A stretch of 64,000 nucleotides of DNA from an uncultured Acidobacteriota bacterium. GTDB taxonomy: Bacteria; Actinomycetota; Acidimicrobiia; Spongiisociales; ZC4RG35. Shown here one piece after another: positions 57,210 through 64,000 of the stretch. The position numbers and the translations under genes were made by a program. Each line of letters begins with the position of its first letter. The first letter of the stretch is position 1. The notes under the pieces were generated by a model. It searched no databases. It was not told the origin of the DNA and saw only the letters and a program-made list of their open reading frames with translations. The stretch covers positions 66,620 through 130,619 of the forward strand of contig CAWHEU010000020.1 of the NCBI GenBank assembly GCA_963828465.1, read 5' to 3'.

Positions 57210-58344
57210 GCCACCGCCTCGAGCTCGCTGGCCGCCCGATGGTCCTCGACGGGCGAGGGCCGGCCGCGCAGCATGCCAAGCGCCGGACCGATACCGAGGG
57301 CCACCGGCAACCAATACGAAACGAGTCGGTAGGAGAGCACCGCCATCACGGCAACCCCGACCGGGACGCCCAGGGCCGCATAGGTGGCAGCGAGGGCGGA
57401 TTCGAGGACACCGAGCCAGCCAGGAGTGAGCTCAGGGAGGGCGTTGATCAGATTGGCCAGGCCATAGCCGACCAGAAGAACCGCCGGGTGGAGGCGGACG
57501 CCAAAGCCGAGGAACATCACCCACAGCGCCGCCGCATCGACGATCCAGCTCAGCGCAGCCCAGGCCATGAGCGGCATCAGCCGGCGGACCGGCACTGGCG
57601 TCATCGCCTGCAACTCCCAGTCCCGAGGTTCGGCGGACACGCCCAGCCGAGACCCGAGCACATTCAGACCCCGCGCGAACGGGCACGGAATCGTGGAACG
57701 CGGAGGGCGGCGACTGCCGCGATACCCGCAACGGCGAGGACAACGAAGACCAACGCCGGTCCCACGAGGTGGGCCGCGCCGACAAGGTCTCCGGGGAGCC
57801 CCGAGGCAGTGCCGACTCCCACCACGAGAGCCAGAGTGGACATCGAAACCCACCACGCCATGAGCATCGAGGCGACGGTTCTGGGGACAGGATTTCCGTG
57901 AGCCACGATGGCCCTTGCCGCGAAGATGCTTCCAGCTGCTCCGCCACCGGGGAGGATCCGGCTCAGGGAGAAAGCGCCCATCGAGATCCGGAGGGCCTGA
58001 CGCCGGCCGAGGCTTCCGCCCAGACCCCGGATCGATGACCGGTAGACGTTGGACAGGCTGTAGACCCAGATTCCCTCCATGAACATGGCCGCCGCGACCA
58101 GCCACCAGCTCCTGGTGAGCAGGTGGCCGATGGCTTGGCTGATCTCCGAATGGTTTGTTGCGCCCATCCGGACAAGGAGGACTAGCGAGAGGACCATCAG
58201 CCCCCCGCGGAGGATTCGTCCCCGTGACACGTTTCCGCGACTCACTCGAGCAGAGTCGGCGACGACCTTCGAAGCGACAATCGGGGACGACCCTCGGCCT
58301 CCCCTTACCGGGTCGGGGTGGGCGTAGGTGACATGGTGTGACAT
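57206..58344 (-). CDS. Lysylphosphatidylglycerol-synthase TM/YbhN-type flippase; frameshift near 57680
   Basis: LPGGGAAG in the N-half; LTPGWLGVLE, AVLSYRLVSYWLP in the C-half (different frame). Confidence 0.75.
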
Positions 58345-58403
58345 GTCGCCAACGTATGGACAGGGGTCTCGCCCGTCGTCCGCCGCGAGAATGCAATCGG
58401 CCC

Positions 58404-58419
58404 TACATCTTCAGATGTA
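58404..58419. promoter_or_regulatory. 7-2-7 palindrome TACATCT-TC-AGATGTA, putative NarL-type box
   Basis: Perfect inverted repeat between the response regulator and the downstream operon. Confidence 0.5.
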
Positions 58420-58428
58420 CGGCGCGGC

Positions 58429-59094
58429 TCAGCGCCCCGGGATCACCAACCCTGACTCATAGGCGAGTACGACTAGCTGGGCGCGGTCGCGAGCTCCGAG
58501 TTTGGTGAGGATCCGAGATACATGCGTCTTGACGGTGGCATGAGTCACCACGAGAGCCTCGGCGATCTCGGCGTTGCTAAGGCCTCGCCCGACCTCGACC
58601 ATGATCTCCCGCTCCCTCCCTGTGAGGAGCTCCAATCCTCGAATGGCTCGTTCGTCGGTGATGGCAGGCCGCACTGCAAATTCAGCGATCAAACGCCGGG
58701 TAATCGAAGGAGCCAACAAGGCCTCCCCCTCGGCAAGAACACGTATGGCAGCGACTAGTTCCTCGGGTGGGACGTCCTTGAGCAAGAACCCGCTGGCACC
58801 AGCTCTCAACGCGGCATAGACATACTCGTCGGCATCGAACGTGGTCAGAATCAAGACGCGAACGTCGGTCAGATCCGGGTCTGCCACGATTCGCGTCGTA
58901 GCTTCAATCCCGTCGACCATCGGCATGCGGATGTCCATCAAAAGAACATCGGGGCGATGATCCCGAGCGAGCTCGACGGCCTCCAGGCCATTGCTCGCCT
59001 CACCAATCAGCTCGAGGCCCTCTGAGTGCCTGATGATGGTTTCCAACCCTGCCCGAACCAGTGCCTGATCGTCGGCGATCCCGACTCGCGTCAC
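58429..59094 (-). CDS. NarL/LuxR-family response regulator
   Basis: IADDQALVR, MDIRMP, GFLLKD, LTGRERE, TVKTHV. Confidence 0.93.
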   Translation of the reverse strand: MTRVGIADDQALVRAGLETIIRHSEGLELIGEASNGLEAVELARDHRPDVLLMDIRMPMVDGIEATTRIVADPDLTDVRVLILTTFDADEYVYAALRAGASGFLLKDVPPEELVAAIRVLAEGEALLAPSITRRLIAEFAVRPAITDERAIRGLELLTGREREIMVEVGRGLSNAEIAEALVVTHATVKTHVSRILTKLGARDRAQLVVLAYESGLVIPGR

Positions 59095-60269
59095 TCCGGG
59101 TCCCTATCGAACGTGAATATTGCCTCGACTCGATAACCGCCGTCGTCGGTCGAGCCGGCATTCAGGGTTCCTCCATAAAGAGAGGCTCGCTCCTCCATCC
59201 CGGAGATCCCGTGGCCACCGCCTTCGATGGGCTCGACCGGCCTGGTCGGCGGGCCGTTGCCTACGATGAGCACGAGGGCGCCGTCGGACGCCTCCAGTGT
59301 CAGCTCCGCTTCATCGACACCGGCGTGCCGTACCACATTGGTGAGCGCCTCCTGGACAACCCGGTAGGCGGCGAGCGCCATCCCCGGTGGCACACGGTCC
59401 AAATGCCCGGAGCTGGTCACTCCCACCGTGACCCCGGCACGAGATATCTCCTCCACCAATCGATCGATGTCCCCGAGACCCGGAGCGGGCTGCGTAAGCG
59501 AATCGTCCCCCTCTCGGAGCACTCCTACGAGACGTCTCATGTCGGCGAGCGCCTCACGGCTGGACTTTTCGATCGTCTCCAAGGCCCGCTGGGCTGCTTC
59601 CGGGTCCTGGCGACCCGCCAAGCGACCGCTGCCCGCCTGCAGCGCGACAACCGTCATGCTGTGAGCGACGACGTCGTGGAGCTCTCGGGCGATGCGGAGT
59701 CGCTCCTCGCTCACGGCACGGAGGGCCAGCTCCTCCCGGGCGGCGGCCAACTCGGCCGCCCGTCGCTCGTGTTGAATTGCCGCCGTCCGCCATCTGCGAA
59801 CGACGTCTCCGAGAAACCACGCCGCACCAATCAGAACAGCGAACAGTGCCAACGAGCTGTAGTCGGGAAAGCTCGGCCCGACGATGATCAGGATCAACAT
59901 CACCAGCTCGACGATGGCCAGCGCGAGCAACGACCGTGGTCGCTCCTCCGCAGCGGCCACCGTGTAAACCGCGATCAGTGTCCCGGGCCCGAGCATGTAG
60001 ACCGGCAGCTCCAACCCCAGCGTGTAGATCGCAGCGGTGACAAGCATCACCGCAAGGACCGCAAGCGGCCACAGCCTCCTGAAGACGAGCGAGCCCCCAT
60101 GGACGATCACGAGAATCAACCCAAAAGCCGTCGGTTCTCGATCGCCGAGAACCTCGGTGTACAGAGTCAACGCGGCCGCAGTGGCAATGACGGCGATCGC
60201 TACATCGAGAAAGGCCCACCGCCACCACTGCCACTGGTTCGGGCGCAGAGCTTTGTCTGTGGCAGTCAT
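59091..60269 (-). CDS. Sensor histidine kinase (HisKA_3)
   Basis: ERLRIARELHDVVAHSM, QEALTNVVRHA, GHGISGMEER. Confidence 0.93.
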   Translation of the reverse strand: MTATDKALRPNQWQWWRWAFLDVAIAVIATAAALTLYTEVLGDREPTAFGLILVIVHGGSLVFRRLWPLAVLAVMLVTAAIYTLGLELPVYMLGPGTLIAVYTVAAAEERPRSLLALAIVELVMLILIIVGPSFPDYSSLALFAVLIGAAWFLGDVVRRWRTAAIQHERRAAELAAAREELALRAVSEERLRIARELHDVVAHSMTVVALQAGSGRLAGRQDPEAAQRALETIEKSSREALADMRRLVGVLREGDDSLTQPAPGLGDIDRLVEEISRAGVTVGVTSSGHLDRVPPGMALAAYRVVQEALTNVVRHAGVDEAELTLEASDGALVLIVGNGPPTRPVEPIEGGGHGISGMEERASLYGGTLNAGSTDDGGYRVEAIFTFDRDPE

Positions 60270-60324
60270 GCGATTCGCTCGAATCTACCGACCCAGCAGC
60301 TCCATTCGATGGGCGTCCAACCAG

Positions 60325-60414
60325 CGGAGAGGGAGGGATTTGAACCCTCGAGGAGGCTTAACACCCCCTACTCGCTTAGCAGGCGAGCGCCTTCGACCAC
60401 TCGGCCACCTCTCC
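60325..60414 (-). tRNA. tRNA-Ser(GCT)
   Basis: GGAGAGG acceptor stem, CTCGC-CT-GCT-AA-GCGAG anticodon arm, long variable arm. Confidence 0.95.
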
Positions 60415-60473
60415 ATGAGCGGCATCAGCCGCAATCTGTACGTTATCCGTTCTGGGTTCCAGGGCTTAGTCGG

Positions 60474-60561
60474 CGGAGGGGGTGGGATTCGAACCCACGA
60501 GACCCGGATCGGGCCCAACGGTTTTCAAGACCGTCTCCTTAGACCACTCGGACACCCCTCC
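60474..60561 (-). tRNA. tRNA-Ser(TGA)
   Basis: ACGGT-CT-TGA-AA-ACCGT anticodon arm, long variable arm, GTTCGAATC T-loop. Confidence 0.95.
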
Positions 60562-60623
60562 AGGCGAAGCGCGCAGTATCAGGGTACCGGGGCCCTTTCT
60601 CCTCTTCGACGTAGCATCGGCCC

Positions 60624-61770
60624 ATGGCCATCGGGCGCGAGCAGGTCCTCGCCTTCCGTCTCGCCAGTCATGGACTCAACCAACGGACCAAAAGTCTGGT
60701 CGAGGCAGCGTCCCGGTGTGGAATACAGGAGACCCCGCTCGGCACCGCGCCCCTCGCCTTCCATGCCCGGGTAGATGGTCTCTCACCCGAGAAGCTGGAG
60801 AAAGCCCTGAGCAAAGACAGGTCACTGCTCGCCCTATGGGCCATGCGCGGAGCCCCACATGTTGTGCCGGCCACAGACCTCGGAGTCTTCACCATCGGTG
60901 CCCTTCCCCTCGATAACGATTCTTTTCGCCACACACTGGGTGGATGGGCCCCGGCGCTGGAGAAGGCCGGGCTGGAGCCGTTCCAACTGCTCGACAAGCT
61001 CGTCGACGCGGCGAGGAAGCTGCTCGATGACACGAGCATGAATGTCAACGAGCTGAGAGACCGGCTGTATGCCCTGCTCCGCAGTCTTCACAAGATCAAG
61101 CGGCCGGAGTCTGCCCGTGACGACATGCCCGAGCCACTCTTCCGTGCCATCGGGACCATGGGGGCGGTGTGCATCGTTTCGGGTCGGGGCACTGACTCGG
61201 TAATGGCCCGCACCGACCAATGGCTCAGCCGCCTTCCGGCGCCGATTGACCCAGACGAGGCACGCGCCGAGCTGGCACGCCGATTCCTGCATTGCTACGG
61301 GCCGGGTACCGCCCAGCATTTCGCAGAGTGGACTCAACGCAGCCTGGCCGATGCAAAACAAGCCATCGAGCTCATCGAGGATGAGCTCATCGAAATGAAG
61401 ATGGCGGGCAAAAGGGCCCTCCTCTTGGCCGTCGATGAGCGGGACCTCGACTCACCGCCCGAGGCGAAAGGAGTGCGTCTCCTCCCTGTCCAGGACCCCT
61501 ATCTCCAGCAACGGGATCGTGCGACGCTGCTGCCTGATCAGACGGCCCGTCGGCGGCTCTGGCAGGCAGTTCGAGGCCCGGGCGCGCTGCTGGTCGATGG
61601 CGTGGTCACCGGCACCTGGCGTGGCCGGGTCAAGGGACAGCGTTGGGAGGTCGAGCTCGAGCCCTTCGGGCGTCTCCTCGCCAGGGTGCGCGATGCGATA
61701 TCCGACGAGGCCGAGACTATGGCTCCCCCTCAAGGGATGCTCATCGGCGGCGGTCGAAGTCAGCGGATAG
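60624..61770 (+). CDS. AlkZ/YcaQ-like (HTH_42) DNA glycosylase-family protein; probable +1 frameshift near 61726
   Basis: GIQET, WAMRGAPH, RFLHCYGP...FAEW, RLLP..DPYL, VDGVVTGTW. The corrected frame ends at 61770, before the tRNA. Confidence 0.8.
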
Positions 61771-61793
61771 GGCCGCCTGAGGCGGCGCCTTTG

Positions 61794-61884
61794 CGGAGGG
61801 GGAGGGATTCGAACCCTCGAGGAGGCGTCAGCCCCCTACGGCATTTCGAGTGCCGCGCACTAGACCGGACTATGCGACCCCTCC
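61794..61884 (-). tRNA. tRNA-Ser(CGA)
   Basis: CGGCA-CT-CGA-AA-TGCCG anticodon arm, long variable arm. Confidence 0.95.
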
Positions 61885-61906
61885 AGGGGCGGCTGGTTTG
61901 GCGGAG

Positions 61907-61997
61907 CGGAGGGAGAGGGATTTGAACCCTCGAGGGAGCGTGAACCCCCAACGGCATTTCCAGTGCCGCGCACTAGACCGGACTATGCGATCCCTCC
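61907..61997 (-). tRNA. tRNA-Ser(GGA)
   Basis: CGGCA-CT-GGA-AA-TGCCG anticodon arm, long variable arm. Confidence 0.95.
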
Positions 61998-62046
61998 GGA
62001 GTTGCCTTGCCGGGACCGGCAGGCAGATAGAGGATAATCGACGCAC

Positions 62047-62519
62047 ATGGCTGAGCCGATGCCCTCCGATCGCTATATCGACCCGATGCGCCAGGCCCTG
62101 AAAGCAGCAACCGAGGCAGCGGGCACAGGCGACGTGCCCGTGGGTGCCCTCCTTCTCGACGCAACGGGAGCAGTGGTGACAGTCGATCACAACCGGCGGG
62201 AGGAATTGTCCGACCCCACCGCACATGCCGAGATCCTGGTGATCTCGGCCCGGGCCCGGGAGATCGACGATTGGCGCTTGACCGGGCACACCCTCGTGGT
62301 GACCCTCGAGCCCTGCCCCATGTGCGCCGGAGCGGCGGTGCTGGCACGTCTCGACCGCATCGTCTACGGGGCCGCGGACCTGAAGGCCGGAGCCGCCTGG
62401 TCGCTCTACAACATCCCCCAGGATCGCCGGCTCAACCACCGGATCGACCTGATCGAAGGCGTCCTTGCCGACGAGTGCTCTGCGCTCCTCACCGGTTTCT
62501 TCGCCGGACCAAGCGCTGA
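62047..62519 (+). CDS. tadA: tRNA adenosine(34) deaminase; 3' end probably frameshifted
   Basis: DVPVGA, DPTAHAE, TLEPCPMCAGA, RLNH. The likely true end is FF..KR* at 62519; the ORF as given runs to 62667, into the MFS gene. Confidence 0.88.
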
Positions 62520-62520
62520 C

Positions 62521-63684
62521 TCACGCAGGGATTGCCGCCTCCGAGGCCACCAGACGCCGGTCCCAAATCGCATACACCACCGCACCGACCCCCAGGACCA
62601 GAGCCACCGCGGAGAAGGCGGTTCGGTAGTCGAAACCGTCGATCAGGCCGCCAACCGCCGGAGCTGAGGCGAGAAGGGCGATGTCGAAGATCGAAGTGAA
62701 GATCGCCATTGCAGATCCTCGTTCGGCCGTCCGCGCCCGGCTCACTACCTGGCTGGTGAGAATCGGGAACAGGATGCCATGGGACAGACCGGCCGCGAAG
62801 GCGGCCGCCACGATGACTGCGGCGTTACCCGCTACGGCCAGCAACAGAAGAGCCGATCCGTAAGCCAGCAGGGCCCCGGTGACGAATGGACGCTGTGGTA
62901 TCCGGTCGTAATGCCGCCCGCCGAAGATTCTCGTGGCGGCTGCGGTCACGCCGTACACGCCGAAGAAGAGACCCGTGGAACCGACACCCCGATCGGCGAC
63001 GAAGGTCCTGGTGAAGGTGAAGATCGTCTCCATGCCGATGCTCAATGCGAGCGTCACCCACCACAAAGGAAGGAGGTTGCGTTGGGCCAGGGCCGACCAG
63101 AAGCCACGTCGGGGACGATGGCCAAGGATCGGGAGCAACGGCAGGCGCCACACCAATAACCACGAGCCGAGGCTGGCCGCCGATGCCAGCACGAACAGGG
63201 CCGGGTATCCGAAGGCCTCGATGACGACGTCGCCGACGACACCCCCGAGTGCGATGGGTAGGAGCCCGGAGAGACCAAATAGAGCCAGTCCCTGTGTGCG
63301 ATGCTCGATAGGGATCGAATCCGCACCGTAGGTGAGCATGGTGGTGAAAAGGGCGATCTGCAGCACGCGTTGCGCAAGGAAGAGCACCCAGAGATACGGG
63401 CCCCAAACGGTGGTGGTGGCCAGGGCAAGCACGACCGTCGCGTTGAGCAAGCCGGCGACCAGGAGCACGGTGCGCCGGTTTGTCAGGTCCAGGATCCTCC
63501 CGAAGGCAGGGCGGAAGAGCAAGGCGAGCACGGCTCCAGCTGCGTAGAGCAAGCCGATCAGCGCCTCGGTGACTCCGAGCGTTTCGAAATAGCCGGGGAC
63601 ATGGACCAGGAGGAAGAAGGACATCTCTTGCAGCAGCGCGGCGGCGAAGAGCTTGCCGAAATTGGGGCCAAAGCGGGCGGACAC
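62521..63684 (-). CDS. MFS transporter
   Basis: About 12 TM; GRILDLTNRR motif A, ERGSAMAIF. Confidence 0.9.
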   Translation of the reverse strand: MSARFGPNFGKLFAAALLQEMSFFLLVHVPGYFETLGVTEALIGLLYAAGAVLALLFRPAFGRILDLTNRRTVLLVAGLLNATVVLALATTTVWGPYLWVLFLAQRVLQIALFTTMLTYGADSIPIEHRTQGLALFGLSGLLPIALGGVVGDVVIEAFGYPALFVLASAASLGSWLLVWRLPLLPILGHRPRRGFWSALAQRNLLPLWWVTLALSIGMETIFTFTRTFVADRGVGSTGLFFGVYGVTAAATRIFGGRHYDRIPQRPFVTGALLAYGSALLLLAVAGNAAVIVAAAFAAGLSHGILFPILTSQVVSRARTAERGSAMAIFTSIFDIALLASAPAVGGLIDGFDYRTAFSAVALVLGVGAVVYAIWDRRLVASEAAIPA

Positions 63685-63756
63685 AGCCGCTGCAAGGTAA
63701 CAGGGCCGCAGTCCGTCGAAGTCGTAATAGTCGACGGGCGCCTACCCTTGTCGTCG

Positions 63757-64000
63757 ATCGTGATAGGCGGGGCGCTAGGGGTGCCCTGAACCCGAAATCC
63801 TCTCCATGCGGGGCTGAATTCCCCGCCCGAGGGTCCACGTGACACCGGCAGATGGTGGACACGGGACGTTGACGGTCGGGTCCTGCGCGGCGGAACACCA
63901 CGAACCGGGTCAGATCCGGAAGGAAGCAGCTCTAAGTGGACCGTTCCGGGTGACGCAGGGCGGCCTGACCCGAGTCCACGCCCGCCAATCGACGGCGTTG
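63757..64000 (+). ncRNA. ffs: Signal recognition particle RNA, large (Alu-domain) type; runs off the window
   Basis: Helix-8 signature TCAGATCCGGAAGGAAGCAGC near 63910-63930; 5' Alu-like GGGGCGCTAGGGGTGCCCTGAACCCGAAATCC...GCGGGGCTGAATTCCCC; synteny with tRNA-Ser and tadA. Confidence 0.88.

Noticed and set aside
1-64000. CRISPR arrays, IS elements, rRNA
   Set aside because: No regularly spaced identical repeats, transposase motifs or rRNA signatures were seen.

Overview
High-GC, gene-dense bacterial DNA, most consistent with a deep-branching actinobacterium (Acidimicrobiia-like; inferred from gene content, leaderless promoters and a large SRP RNA). The notable part is the first 19.8 kb. It holds at least 10 paralogous ~350-400 aa polytopic membrane proteins, 8 of them in one translationally coupled tandem array (6984-16068). 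They have divergent N-terminal and loop regions, but all nine whose 3' end is visible stop at the same conserved point, which looks like the first helices and strand of a GAF domain. Directly downstream is a soluble protein that begins with the remainder of a GAF domain, followed by a SpoIIE/PP2C phosphatase and an RsbW-like kinase, and then two STAS proteins. This suggests a 'split-GAF' system in which interchangeable receptor subunits feed one partner-switching enzyme. Six promoters in this region share an 11-bp-period heptamer direct repeat (CGTAACG core) placed 9 nt before the -10 position, the geometry expected for the adjacent SARP/BTAD-AAA-TPR activator. The rest of the window holds a two-component system flanked by two candidate sRNAs, an amine/peptide catabolic cluster, a candidate stand-alone sRNA, a Wzx/Wzy polysaccharide locus, modABC/mop with a PadR-type operator, a GH51 arabinofuranosidase, tRNA-Arg, four tRNA-Ser genes, tadA and an Alu-containing SRP RNA. 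Many genes carry single-base insertions that are probably sequencing errors. All calls come from reading motifs by eye; no searches were run.
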